Source of the DNA: Caulobacteraceae bacterium
Lineage (GTDB): Bacteria > Pseudomonadota > Alphaproteobacteria > Caulobacterales > Caulobacteraceae
Length of the DNA stretch: 64,000 nt
Direction of reading: 5' to 3'
Assembly: GCA_027489335.1 (NCBI GenBank)
Contig: JAIXZX010000005.1
Location: 87,125-151,124 of the forward strand
Positions 1 to 9,818 of this stretch are shown here, piece by piece; position 1 is the first letter of the stretch; each line of letters opens with the position of its first letter. The position numbers and the translations under genes are program-made. Below the pieces are notes generated by a model that was not told where the DNA came from, did not search any database, and saw only the letters and a list, made by a program, of their open reading frames with translations.

Positions 1-1
1 C

Positions 2-205
2 ACCATGATCGGCGCCGTGGTCACCCTGGAGGCGCCGGCGCCGGACGTCGAGGTCCTGGTCCGCGCCAAGGCCGAGGGCGAGATGATCCTGGCCTTACGT
101 CCCTATACCGATGTCGGCGGCCCGGTGGGCCGGGGCGGCTCCGCCGAGCCGCAGACCGTGCGAATTTTCCGCGATGGCGAGATGTCCGAGGTGTCCGTCC
201 GATGA
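2..205 (+). CDS. cpaB: Flp pilus assembly protein CpaB, C-terminal part (truncated by window start)
   Basis: VTLE...LALR tail typical of CpaB/RcpC; stop overlaps the cpaC start (ATGA). Confidence 0.8.
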   Translation, partial: TMIGAVVTLEAPAPDVEVLVRAKAEGEMILALRPYTDVGGPVGRGGSAEPQTVRIFRDGEMSEVSVR

Positions 206-1770
206 GGATCCCAGGCCTCTCCCTGCTGATCGCCGCCAGCCTGTTGGCGGTTTCCTTCCCCGTCGCAGCCCAGGACCTGGCCGGCGGACGTTCCGATCCC
301 CATCAGGGCTCCACCATCCGGGTCGACCTGGCCGGCGGCGGCGCCACCCAGTCCCTGACCCTGCCCCGGGGCAAGTCGGCGATCATCGAGCTGCCGGTGG
401 ACGCCCGTGACGTGCTGGTGACCAATCCCGAGGTGGCTGACGCGGTGCTGCGCTCGCCCCGGCGCATCTATGTGCTGGGCGTGGCGGCCGGCCAGACCGA
501 CGCGGTGTTCTTCGACGGCGCCGGACGGCGGATACTGTCCCTCGATATCCGGGTCGACCAGGACACCGGCGCAGTGGCCCAGACCATCAACCGCCTGCTG
601 CCCCGGGCCCGGGTGCGGGTGGACGCCATGAACGACAGCCTGATCCTGTCCGGCGAGGTGATGAGCCTGGCTGACGCCGACAAGGCCGTGCAGATCGCCC
701 GCGCCGCGGTGGCCGAGCCCGATCAGGTGCTCAACATGCTGTCCATCGCCGGCAAGGACCAGGTGATGCTGAAGGTGCGCATCGTCGAGGTGCAGCGCAA
801 TGTGATCAAGCAGCTGGGCTTCAACACCAATGCGGTCCTGAACCAGCTGGGCGAGCCGCAGTACATGTTCAGCAACGCCGCCAGCTACGCCATCAATGGC
901 GGCCTGGTGGGCGGCCTGACCGGCGGCTACAAGCTCGACACCACCAAACAGCCGATCATGCAGCGGCCCTGCGGCTGGCCGGACCAGCCCGACGTGCTCT
1001 GCGATTATGTGGTTCGTTCCGGCGGCAATTCCGACACCGCCACCGTCAAGGAAGGCCTGGCCGGCGATCCCGGCCTCAACCAGGCCGAGGGCATGATCGA
1101 GGCCTTCGAGCGGGTGGGCCTGGTGCGCACCCTGGCCGAGCCCAACTTGACCGCGGTGTCGGGCGAGGCGGCGAAGTTCCTGGCTGGCGGCGAGTTCCCC
1201 GTGCCGGTGGGCCAGGATGACGCCGGCCGCGTGACCATCGAATTCAAGCCCTTCGGCGTGGGTCTGGGTTTCACGCCGGTGGTGCTGTCGGGCGGACGCA
1301 TCTCCCTGAAGATTTCCACCGAGGTCTCTGAGCTGACCAATGAGGGCTCTTTCTCCCTGTCCAACGGGACCGGCGCGCCCCGGCTGGTGATCCCGGCCCT
1401 GACCGTGCGCCGGGCCGAGACCATGGTCGAGCTGCCGTCGGGCGGGGCGATGATGATCGCCGGCCTGCTGCGCGAACAGACCAAGCAGGCGATCGATTCC
1501 CTGCCGGGCATGATGAACCTGCCGGTCCTGGGCGGCCTGTTCCGGTCCAGGGACTATCTGATGGGGGAGACTGAGCTGGTGGTCATCGTGACGCCCTATC
1601 TCGTTCAGCCCACCTCGCCTGACCGCCTGCAGACCCCGGCCGACGGGCTGGAGATCGCCAGCGACCCTGAGACTCTGCTGCTGGGCCGGCTGAACCGCGC
1701 CTACAAGGCCAGGCCACAGCCCCCCGGCGCGCCGGCCTATCAGGGCCCCTACGGCTATGTGATCGAGTGA
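202..1770 (+). CDS. cpaC: Tad pilus secretin CpaC/RcpA
   Basis: Signal peptide; LAEPNLTAVSGE, GGEFPVP, IPVLGGLF-like and ETELVVIVTP secretin motifs. Confidence 0.95.
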   Translation: MRIPGLSLLIAASLLAVSFPVAAQDLAGGRSDPHQGSTIRVDLAGGGATQSLTLPRGKSAIIELPVDARDVLVTNPEVADAVLRSPRRIYVLGVAAGQTDAVFFDGAGRRILSLDIRVDQDTGAVAQTINRLLPRARVRVDAMNDSLILSGEVMSLADADKAVQIARAAVAEPDQVLNMLSIAGKDQVMLKVRIVEVQRNVIKQLGFNTNAVLNQLGEPQYMFSNAASYAINGGLVGGLTGGYKLDTTKQPIMQRPCGWPDQPDVLCDYVVRSGGNSDTATVKEGLAGDPGLNQAEGMIEAFERVGLVRTLAEPNLTAVSGEAAKFLAGGEFPVPVGQDDAGRVTIEFKPFGVGLGFTPVVLSGGRISLKISTEVSELTNEGSFSLSNGTGAPRLVIPALTVRRAETMVELPSGGAMMIAGLLREQTKQAIDSLPGMMNLPVLGGLFRSRDYLMGETELVVIVTPYLVQPTSPDRLQTPADGLEIASDPETLLLGRLNRAYKARPQPPGAPAYQGPYGYVIE

Positions 1771-2468
1771 GCGCCGCCATGTCCAAGTCCCTGCGCCATC
1801 TCATGCCCCTGATCCTGATCGCCGGTCTGAGCGCCTGCGCCTCTGCGCCGCCCCCGCGGGAGGGGGCGGTGATCGATCCGCGCACGCCGCTCGACCAGTA
1901 CCGCGCCCAGGTGGTTCCACAGGCCGACGAGGTGCGTCTGGCCATCCACGCCCAGGGGATTTCCGGGCCGCAGGCCGACGCCCTGGCGAGCCTCGTTCAG
2001 GCCTGGCGGACGAACGACGGCGGCCCCATCCGCCTGCAGTCGCCGGTGGGCGCGGCGGATTCCGCGTCCGCCTATCGGATGGGCGAGAGCGTGCGGGCCT
2101 TCCTGATCTCGCAAGGCGTGCCCTACAGCGACATTCAGGTGGCGGGCTATGACGCCGCTGGCCAGGCCAGCGCGCCGATGGTGGTGGGCTATGAGCGCTA
2201 TGTGGCGCAGGTTCCCCGCTGCGGTCAGGCCTGGGACAACCTCACCAGCACCTCGGCCAACGCCGCCTCGGCCAATTTCGGCTGCTCGGTGAACGCCAAT
2301 TTCGCCGCTCAGCTGGCCAATCCCGGCGACCTCGTCCGGCCCCGGGACATGGACCCGTCGGATGCGGCCCGCCGCGCCGAGGTTCTGACCAGGTATCGCA
2401 TTGGCGAACCCACCGCGACCAAGGCCGACGAGCAGGCCAAGGGCGCCCTGTCCCAGGCGGTTCAGTAG
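1767..2468 (+). CDS. cpaD: Pilus assembly lipoprotein CpaD
   Basis: Lipobox LSAC; NFGCSVNANFAAQLANPGDL motif; position after cpaC. Start is GTG 1767 or ATG 1779. Confidence 0.9.
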   Translation: MSAAMSKSLRHLMPLILIAGLSACASAPPPREGAVIDPRTPLDQYRAQVVPQADEVRLAIHAQGISGPQADALASLVQAWRTNDGGPIRLQSPVGAADSASAYRMGESVRAFLISQGVPYSDIQVAGYDAAGQASAPMVVGYERYVAQVPRCGQAWDNLTSTSANAASANFGCSVNANFAAQLANPGDLVRPRDMDPSDAARRAEVLTRYRIGEPTATKADEQAKGALSQAVQ

Positions 2469-3953
2469 GTGGCCATGCGCACTCAGAGCGGACATGACCC
2501 CTTCGACCTCGCCTTCGAGGCCGACGACGACTTCGGGCCGGCGCGGGACGACGGCTGGCGCAGCGCTGGCGAGACCGGCGGGCGGAGCGGGGCGGCGGTC
2601 GATCCCTTCGCCGACCTGGCGCCGGCTGCCCCGCGGGCGCGTCCGGCGCCTGATCCGTTCGAGGATGACTACGAGGCCCCCCGCGCCGCGCCCGCCGCTG
2701 CGCCTGCCGAACCGAACCCCGTCCACGAGATGATGGCCACGGCCGAGGCCGCCTTCGGCGACTCGACCCTGCCGCGGATCACCATCCACGCCTTCACCGA
2801 ACGCGATCGAACCGCCGACGTCATCGAGCACGCCGCCAAGGACCGGCGGATGGAGCGGGCCAGCGTCACGGTCCGCGAGGGCGGTTTGGCCGCCGCCGTG
2901 GCCGCCTATCAGAACCAGCCCACCCCGCCCTTGCTGGTGGTGGAGTGCGGTGAGAGCGCCGAGCGGCTGCTGGCCCATCTCGACCAGCTGGCCGAGGTCT
3001 GCGATCCCGGCTCCAAGGTCGTAGTGATCGGGGCTGCGAACGACATCGCCCTCTATCGCGAGCTGATGCGCCGCGGCGTCAGTGAGTATCTGGTCCCGCC
3101 GTTCAAGCCCTTGCAGTTCGTCCGCTCGCTGTGCGGCCTCTATGCCGATCCGAGCGCCCCCTTCGTCGGGCGGCAGATCGCGTTCTGCGGGGCCAAGGGT
3201 GGGGTGGGCGTCTCGACCATCGCGCACAATGTGGCCTACGCCATCACCGAGCGTCTGGCGGCCAATGCGGTGCTGGTGGATCTCGACCTGCCGTTCGGCA
3301 CAGCCGGCCTCGACTTCAACCAGGATCCCCTGCAGGGGGTGGCCGACGCCCTGGGGGAGCCGGACCGTCTCGATCCCGTCCTGATGGACCGCATGATGGC
3401 GCGCTGCAGCGAGCGGCTCAGCCTGTTCGCCGCCCCGGCGACCCTGGACCAGGACTACGACATCTCGGCGGAGGCCTTCGAGGAGGTCACCCAGAAGATC
3501 CGCGGCGCCGCGCCGTTCGTGGTGCTCGACCTGCCGCACGTCTGGACCGCCTGGAAGCGGCGTATCCTGCTGTCGTCGGATGATCTGGTGATCGTCGCCG
3601 AGCCGGACCTCGCCTCCCTGCGCAACGCCAAGAACCTGGTGGACCTGGTGCGTCGCGCCAGGCCCAACGACGCTCCGCCCCGGCTGGTGCTGAACCAGGT
3701 GGGCGTGCCCGGTCGCCCGGAGATTCCGGTCAAGGACTTCGGCGAGGCCCTGAACCTGACGCCGGCCCTGATCCTGCCCTTCGAGCCCAAGCTGTTTGGC
3801 CAGGCGGCCAATAACGGCCAGATGCTGGCCGAGGTGGCGCCCCGGTCCAAGACCGCCGAGGCGCTCAATGAGCTGGCCCAGCAGATCAGCCGCCGTGAGC
3901 CGCCGGTGGCGCAGAAGTCCTCGCTGCTGGCCAGCCTGTTCCGGCGGAAATAG
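2469..3953 (+). CDS. cpaE: Pilus assembly protein CpaE/TadZ (receiver-like domain plus MinD-like ATPase)
   Basis: Acidic Pro/Ala-rich N-terminus; deviant Walker A GAKGGVGVST; VDLDLPFG. Start 2469 (GTG) or 2475 (ATG). Confidence 0.93.
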   Translation: MAMRTQSGHDPFDLAFEADDDFGPARDDGWRSAGETGGRSGAAVDPFADLAPAAPRARPAPDPFEDDYEAPRAAPAAAPAEPNPVHEMMATAEAAFGDSTLPRITIHAFTERDRTADVIEHAAKDRRMERASVTVREGGLAAAVAAYQNQPTPPLLVVECGESAERLLAHLDQLAEVCDPGSKVVVIGAANDIALYRELMRRGVSEYLVPPFKPLQFVRSLCGLYADPSAPFVGRQIAFCGAKGGVGVSTIAHNVAYAITERLAANAVLVDLDLPFGTAGLDFNQDPLQGVADALGEPDRLDPVLMDRMMARCSERLSLFAAPATLDQDYDISAEAFEEVTQKIRGAAPFVVLDLPHVWTAWKRRILLSSDDLVIVAEPDLASLRNAKNLVDLVRRARPNDAPPRLVLNQVGVPGRPEIPVKDFGEALNLTPALILPFEPKLFGQAANNGQMLAEVAPRSKTAEALNELAQQISRREPPVAQKSSLLASLFRRK

Positions 3954-3955
3954 CC

Positions 3956-5506
3956 ATGTTCGGAAAGCGCGCCGCCGACGCTGAGGCTCCCCCGACCCGC
4001 GCCCCGCAGGCGCGCCCGGCGGCCCCCTCGGCTGCGCCCCCGCCGGCCGACAAGGCCGCCGCCCCCATCGCCACCCGGCCGCAACGGGCCGAACCGCCGC
4101 CGCCGGAACCGCAGCGGGCCAGGGCCGAAGGCCCCAAGGCCGCCAAGGGTGACGGCCCCAAGGCCACCAGCGGCTTCGAACAGCTGCGCGCCGCCCAAGG
4201 GCCCGCCCCGGCCACCCAGGTGGTGCGCGAGCAGTCGGACTACTATCACGCCACCAAGACGACGATCTTCAACGCCCTGATCAATACGATCGACCTGGCG
4301 CAGCTGGCACAGCTGGACGTCAAGGCGGCGGCCGAGGAGATCCGCGACATCGTCGCCGAGCTGGTGGCGATCAAGAACGTCTCCATGTCGATCTCCGAGC
4401 AGGAGACCCTGGTCCAGGACATCATCAATGATGTGCTGGGCTATGGCCCGCTGGAGCCCCTGCTCGCCCGGGACGACATCGCCGACATCATGGTCAATGG
4501 GGCCGCGCGGGTCTTCATCGAGGTCGGCGGCAAGGTGCAGCTGACCAATGTGCGGTTCCGTGACAACGCCCAGCTGATGAACATCTGTCAGCGGATCGTC
4601 AGCCAGGTTGGCCGCCGTGTCGACGAAAGCTCGCCGATCTGCGACGCCCGCCTGCCCGACGGCAGCCGGGTGAACGTCATCGCCCCGCCGCTGGCCCTCG
4701 ACGGTCCCACGCTCACCATCCGGAAATTCCGGAAGGACAAGCTGACCATGAAGGACCTGGTGGAGTACGACTCCATCACCCCGGAAGGCGCCCGGGTCCT
4801 GGGGGTCATTGGCGCCTGCCGCTGCAACATCCTGATCTCCGGCGGCACGGGCTCGGGCAAGACGACCCTGCTCAACACCCTGACGGCCTTCATTGACCCC
4901 ACCGAGCGGGTCGTCACCTGCGAAGACGCCGCCGAGCTGCAGCTCCAGCAGCCCCATGTGGTGCGCCTGGAGACCCGCCCGCCGAACCTGGAGGGCCAGG
5001 GCCAGATCACCATGCGCGATCTGGTGAAGAACTGCCTGCGGATGCGCCCCGAACGGATCATCGTCGGCGAGGTGCGCGGGCCTGAGGCCTTCGACCTGCT
5101 GCAGGCCATGAACACCGGCCATGACGGCTCTATGGGCACCCTGCACGCCAACAGCCCGCGCGAGGCGGTCAGCCGCCTGGAATCCATGATCACCATGGGC
5201 GGCTATGGCCTGCCTTCGCGGACCATCCGGGAAATGATCGTCGGCTCCATCGATGTCATCATCCAGGCGGCCCGCCTGCGGGATGGTTCGCGGCGGATCA
5301 CCCACATCACCGAGGTCGTGGGCCTCGAGGGTGATGTGATCATCACCCAGGACCTGATGCTCTACGAGATCACCGGCGAGGACGCCGAGGGCCGGGTGGT
5401 CGGGCGCCACCGGTCCACCGGCATCGCCCGCCCGAGGTTCTGGGACCGCGCCCGCTACTATGGGCTTGAGCGGGAACTGGCCGAGGCCCTGGACGCGGCC
5501 GAATGA
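3956..5506 (+). CDS. cpaF: Tad secretion ATPase CpaF/TadA
   Basis: Walker A GGTGSGKTT; LRMRPERIIVGEVRG; MNTGHDGSMGTLHANS. Confidence 0.97.
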   Translation: MFGKRAADAEAPPTRAPQARPAAPSAAPPPADKAAAPIATRPQRAEPPPPEPQRARAEGPKAAKGDGPKATSGFEQLRAAQGPAPATQVVREQSDYYHATKTTIFNALINTIDLAQLAQLDVKAAAEEIRDIVAELVAIKNVSMSISEQETLVQDIINDVLGYGPLEPLLARDDIADIMVNGAARVFIEVGGKVQLTNVRFRDNAQLMNICQRIVSQVGRRVDESSPICDARLPDGSRVNVIAPPLALDGPTLTIRKFRKDKLTMKDLVEYDSITPEGARVLGVIGACRCNILISGGTGSGKTTLLNTLTAFIDPTERVVTCEDAAELQLQQPHVVRLETRPPNLEGQGQITMRDLVKNCLRMRPERIIVGEVRGPEAFDLLQAMNTGHDGSMGTLHANSPREAVSRLESMITMGGYGLPSRTIREMIVGSIDVIIQAARLRDGSRRITHITEVVGLEGDVIITQDLMLYEITGEDAEGRVVGRHRSTGIARPRFWDRARYYGLERELAEALDAAE

Positions 5507-6489
5507 GCCCGACCCTCGTCTCCATCCTGGCCGCTGTGCTGGCCTTCGTCGCCGTGGCGGGGTTCGGCTTCGTCCTGGTGGGGCAGTCGCCGGGCCAGGC
5601 CCGGGCGGCGCGGCGCACCCAGGCCATGCTGGGCCGCGAGACCCGCGAGGCCAAGGCCCGTCGGGGCGGCTCCAATGTTCAGGACCAGCGTCGCAAGCAG
5701 ATCCTCGAAAGCCTGAAGGAACAGGACCGGGCCCAGCGCAAGGCCTCCCTGTCGGTCAAGGCGCGCCTGCAGCAGACCGGGCTTGGCACTACGGTGCGCA
5801 CCTTCTGGATCATCAGCGCCGGGCTGGGGGTTTCGGTCTTCCTGCTGACGGTCACCCTGGGCCAGCCGGCCTATCTGGCCCTGGGACTGGGATTCGCTGC
5901 AGGGCTTGGCCTGCCGCGCTGGATCGTCTCGATCCTGGCCGCCCGGCGGATCAAGAAGTTCGTCGAGTCCTTTCCCGACGCCATGGACATCATCGTGCGC
6001 GGCATCAAGTCGGGCTTGCCGGTCAATGACAGCCTGCGGGTGATCGGCGCCGAGGCGCCCGAGCCGCTAGCCGCGGAGTTCCGTTATCTGACCGAGAACA
6101 CCGGCATGGGCGTCTCCATCGATCAGGCGATCGACCGCATGTACGAGCGCATGCCGGCCCAGGAGGTGCGATTTTTCGGTATCGTCCTGGCCATTCAGCA
6201 GAAGACCGGCGGCAACCTGGCCGAGGCGCTGGGCAATCTCTCGACGGTCATCCGCGCCCGGAAGCTGATGCGCGAGAAGATCAAGGCCCTGTCCGGCGAG
6301 GCGGTGGCCTCGGCCTTCATCATCGGCTCCCTGCCGCCTGCGGTGGTGGTGATGATCAGCCTGATGGCCCCGGAATACATGGCGCCCCTGTTCGTCGATC
6401 CCCGGGGCCGCATCATCCTGCTGGGCGGGGTGCTGCTGATGGCGCTGGGCATCTGGGTCATGCGCCGCATGATCAGCTTCAAGATCTGA
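5503..6489 (+). CDS. tadB: Tad inner-membrane platform protein TadB (T2SS F family)
   Basis: FPDAMDIIVRGIKSG and QQKTGGNLAEAL motifs; TM segments; follows cpaF. Confidence 0.93.
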   Translation: MSPTLVSILAAVLAFVAVAGFGFVLVGQSPGQARAARRTQAMLGRETREAKARRGGSNVQDQRRKQILESLKEQDRAQRKASLSVKARLQQTGLGTTVRTFWIISAGLGVSVFLLTVTLGQPAYLALGLGFAAGLGLPRWIVSILAARRIKKFVESFPDAMDIIVRGIKSGLPVNDSLRVIGAEAPEPLAAEFRYLTENTGMGVSIDQAIDRMYERMPAQEVRFFGIVLAIQQKTGGNLAEALGNLSTVIRARKLMREKIKALSGEAVASAFIIGSLPPAVVVMISLMAPEYMAPLFVDPRGRIILLGGVLLMALGIWVMRRMISFKI

Positions 6490-6496
6490 GGGCGCC

Positions 6497-7477
6497 GTGG
6501 ATCTGAGCGCCTTCACCAATCCGGCCAACATCCTGACGGTGTTCGTGGCGATAGCCACCTTCGCCACCCTGGTGACCCTGGCCGCGCCGCTGATGCGCAC
6601 CAACAATCTGGAGGCCCGGCTGAAGTCGGTGTCCACCCGGCGGGAGGAGCTGCGGCGCAAGTCGCGCGAAGCCCTGGCGGCCTCCAAGGGCGGCACCCTG
6701 CGCCAGACCGACGAGGGGCTTTACAAGCGCGTGGTCGACCGCCTGCAGCTGTCGCGGCTGCTGGAAGACCCCAAGGTGGTGGACAAGCTGGCCCAGGCCG
6801 GCTTCCGCGGGCCTCGGCCGGTCAGCACCTTCTACTTCTTCCGCTTCGTCCTGCCCTTCGCCTTCGCCGCCTCGGTGGCCTTCTACCTGTTCGTGATCAA
6901 TGACTTCGGCCTCAGCGGCATGAACCGGCTGGCCGCCATCGTGGTCGGTCTGACGCTCGGCTACTACGCGCCCAACATCTACATCAGCAACATCGCCCAG
7001 AAGCGTCGGGAGTCCATCGTCGGGGCCTTCCCCGATGCGCTCGACCTGCTGCTGATCTGCGTGGAATCGGGCATGTCGATCGAGGCGGCCATCCAGAAGG
7101 TCAGCCAGGAGATCGGCGGCTCGTCGATCGAGCTGGCCGAGGAGATGACCCTGCTCACCGCCGAGCTCTCCTACCTGCCTGAGCGTCGTCAGGCCTATGA
7201 GGGTCTGTCGCGGCGGACTAACCATCCGGGCATCAAATCGGTGACTACGGCCATGATCCAGGCTGAACGCTATGGCACGCCGCTGGGCGCGGCCCTGCGG
7301 GTGATGGCCAAAGAGAACCGCGACCTGCGCCTGGCCTCGGCGGAAAAGAAGGCGGCCCAGCTGCCGGCCAAGCTGACCGTGCCGATGATCGTGTTCTTCC
7401 TGCCGGTGCTGTTCCTGGTGATCCTGGGTCCCGCTGTCCTGCGGGTCATGGACATGATGGGACCCGGCGCCTCCTAG
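6497..7477 (+). CDS. tadC: Tad inner-membrane platform protein TadC
   Basis: FPDALDLLLICVESG, QAERYGTP and KLTVPM motifs. Confidence 0.93.
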   Translation: MDLSAFTNPANILTVFVAIATFATLVTLAAPLMRTNNLEARLKSVSTRREELRRKSREALAASKGGTLRQTDEGLYKRVVDRLQLSRLLEDPKVVDKLAQAGFRGPRPVSTFYFFRFVLPFAFAASVAFYLFVINDFGLSGMNRLAAIVVGLTLGYYAPNIYISNIAQKRRESIVGAFPDALDLLLICVESGMSIEAAIQKVSQEIGGSSIELAEEMTLLTAELSYLPERRQAYEGLSRRTNHPGIKSVTTAMIQAERYGTPLGAALRVMAKENRDLRLASAEKKAAQLPAKLTVPMIVFFLPVLFLVILGPAVLRVMDMMGPGAS

Positions 7478-7511
7478 GGGCGCGGCCCGAGATCGGCGCA
7501 GACCTGTCCGG

Positions 7512-8354
7512 CTACTGGACCGAACCCACCGAATCCCAGGAGCGGCCCGCCCCCCCGGCGGCGGTCTGGCTGGCGCTTCTCAGATAGGCCAGGTTGTTGG
7601 CCACCAGTTGCGGCGGCAGGTCCTGGCGGGCCAGGGCCTCGGCTTCGGCCATGCGCCCCTGAAGGCCCAGGATCAGGGCCAGGTTCTGGCGGGTGACCGC
7701 CGTGGCGCCGGGCAGGGCGGCAGCCTGGCGTAGCAGGGCTTCGGCCTCGGCGGCCTGGCCGCGAGCGGCCTGGAACATGGCGAGGTTGGAGAGGACCGCC
7801 GGGTTGTCCGGCGCGAGCTGAACAGCGCGGCGGTGGGCGGTCAGGGCTTCGACGTCGCGCTGGGCCTGCTCATAGGCCATGGCCAGCAGGAAGGGCGCCC
7901 GCCAGTCGCCGGGCGCCAGCGTCTGGGCCTGCAGGGCCGGCGCTACGCCATAGAAACCCTGGCCCCGGGCCAGTTGGGCGCGGGCCAGCTCCAGCAGCAC
8001 CTCGACATTGTCCGGCGCCAGGACCGCCATACGCTGGACCGCCGCAGCCGCCTCTTCGGTCTGGCCGAGACCTCGCAGGGCGCGGGCGAGGCCGAGGCCG
8101 GCCTCCAGGTCGGTGGGATCGATATTGGCTTCCCGCGCCCAGAAGGCCGCCCGCGCCAGGGGATCGAGCCCCCCGGCCAGGGCGCGTTCCTGGGACGAGG
8201 CCTTGCGCGCTGTCGCGGGTGCCGGCTCCGCCGCCGGCGCTTCAGGGGGCGCGGCCTCCTGGGGTTTGGTCCGGAACGAGAAGGCCGCAGCCGGGGAGGC
8301 GCCGACCAGACCGAGCGCGAGGGCGGTTGCGGCGAGGACCGACATGCGACACAT
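7512..8354 (-). CDS. TPR-repeat protein, TadD-like pilus assembly factor
   Basis: Signal peptide from MCRMSVLAA; TPR helices (NPAVLSNLAM, RQNLALILG); convergent with tadC. The true start is far downstream of the 564-aa track ORF start. Confidence 0.75.
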   Translation of the reverse strand: MCRMSVLAATALALGLVGASPAAAFSFRTKPQEAAPPEAPAAEPAPATARKASSQERALAGGLDPLARAAFWAREANIDPTDLEAGLGLARALRGLGQTEEAAAAVQRMAVLAPDNVEVLLELARAQLARGQGFYGVAPALQAQTLAPGDWRAPFLLAMAYEQAQRDVEALTAHRRAVQLAPDNPAVLSNLAMFQAARGQAAEAEALLRQAAALPGATAVTRQNLALILGLQGRMAEAEALARQDLPPQLVANNLAYLRSASQTAAGGAGRSWDSVGSVQ

Positions 8355-8401
8355 GACCAGGGTAGCCTCCAGAGGTTCCGGCTCAGACTGGACCGGTCGC
8401 C

Positions 8402-8417
8402 TTAAAGGAAGCGTTAA
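8402..8417. promoter_or_regulatory. CtrA-like binding site in the tadD-like/pepB divergent promoter
   Basis: TTAA-N8-TTAA, or TTAA-N7-TTTA on the minus strand, versus consensus TTAA-N7-TTAA. Confidence 0.45.
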
Positions 8418-8441
8418 GCATAAGCCGAAGGGCCAGCCGCC

Positions 8442-9818
8442 ATGTCCGACCTGATCCTGGACGCCGCAGACGGCGTCATCGTCCCCGTCCATCTCCTGCG
8501 CGACGCCGATGTGGAGTCCGCCCTCGGCGCCCTGGGCGAGCAGGGTCGGGGCCTGGCGGCGGCGCAGGAGTTCAAGGGCAAGGCCGGCCAGGTCCTGCTG
8601 GTGCCGGACGCCGCCGGCGCCCTGGAGCGGGTGCTCTATGGTGTGGGCCAGGGAAAGGCGTCCGCCGTCCGCGCCCTGGCGGCCAAGCTGCCCCGCGGGA
8701 TCTATGAGATCGTGCGCAAACCCGACGACATCACCGCCGACGAGGCGGCCCTGGCCTTCGCTCTCGGGAGCTACCGGTTCGACCGCTACAAGAAGAAGCC
8801 CGATGAGCGCCCGCGGTTGCTGGCCCGGGGCGCCGATGTGGCCGCCGTCCACGCCATGGCGCACGCCTGTTCGCTTGCCCGGGACATGATCAACACCCCG
8901 CCCAACGACATGGGCCCGCTGCAGATCGAGACGATCGCGCGGGAGATCGCCGAGCAGCACGGCGCCGCGATCACTGTGGTCACCGGGGAGGGCCTGCTGG
9001 AGGCCAACTATCCCGCCGTCCATGCGGTGGGTCGCGCTGCGGCCCCTGGTCGCGAGCCCCGCATGATCGAGATGACCTGGGGCCGCGAAGGCGACCCCGT
9101 GGTGGCGATCATCGGCAAGGGCGTGGTGTTCGATACGGGCGGCCTGGACATCAAGCCGTCGGCCGGCATGCGGTTGATGAAAAAGGACATGGGCGGCGCC
9201 GCCCATGCCCTTGCCCTGGCCCGGATGGTTATGTCCGCGGGCCTACCCGTACGCCTGCTGGTGCTGACGCCCACGGTGGAGAACGCCATTTCCGGCGACG
9301 CCATGCGCCCGGGCGATGTGCTCGATTCCCGCAAGGGCCTGACCATCGAGGTGGGCAACACCGACGCCGAGGGCCGGTTGATCCTGGCCGACGCCCTGAC
9401 CCGGGCCTCCGAATTCTCGCCGGACCTGACCATCGACCTGGCCACCCTGACCGGGGCGGCGCGGGTGGCGCTGGGGCCTCAGCTGCCGCCCTTCATGACC
9501 GATGACGAGGCCCTGGCCGTGGCGATCATGGCGGCGTCGGAGGCGACTGAGGACCCCCTGTGGCGGCTGCCCCTGTGGAAGGGTTATGCCGAGGCCCTGG
9601 AGAGCGACGTCGCCGACCTGAAGAATGATCCCGACGCCTGGGCCCAGGCCGGCGCGGTGACGGCGGGTCTGTTCCTGCAGCGGTTCGCCCCGGAGGGGGC
9701 CTGGGTCCATCTGGACATCTTCGCCTGGAATCCGAAGGGGCGGCCCGGCTATCCGGCCGGCGGCGAGGTGATGGCCATCCGCGCCCTCTTCCGCCTGCTG
9801 CAGGACCGTTACGGGTGA
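8442..9818 (+). CDS. Leucyl aminopeptidase family (M17), PepB-like
   Basis: GKGVVFDTGGLDIK, MKKDMGGAA and NTDAEGRL metal-binding motifs. Confidence 0.95.
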   Translation: MSDLILDAADGVIVPVHLLRDADVESALGALGEQGRGLAAAQEFKGKAGQVLLVPDAAGALERVLYGVGQGKASAVRALAAKLPRGIYEIVRKPDDITADEAALAFALGSYRFDRYKKKPDERPRLLARGADVAAVHAMAHACSLARDMINTPPNDMGPLQIETIAREIAEQHGAAITVVTGEGLLEANYPAVHAVGRAAAPGREPRMIEMTWGREGDPVVAIIGKGVVFDTGGLDIKPSAGMRLMKKDMGGAAHALALARMVMSAGLPVRLLVLTPTVENAISGDAMRPGDVLDSRKGLTIEVGNTDAEGRLILADALTRASEFSPDLTIDLATLTGAARVALGPQLPPFMTDDEALAVAIMAASEATEDPLWRLPLWKGYAEALESDVADLKNDPDAWAQAGAVTAGLFLQRFAPEGAWVHLDIFAWNPKGRPGYPAGGEVMAIRALFRLLQDRYG

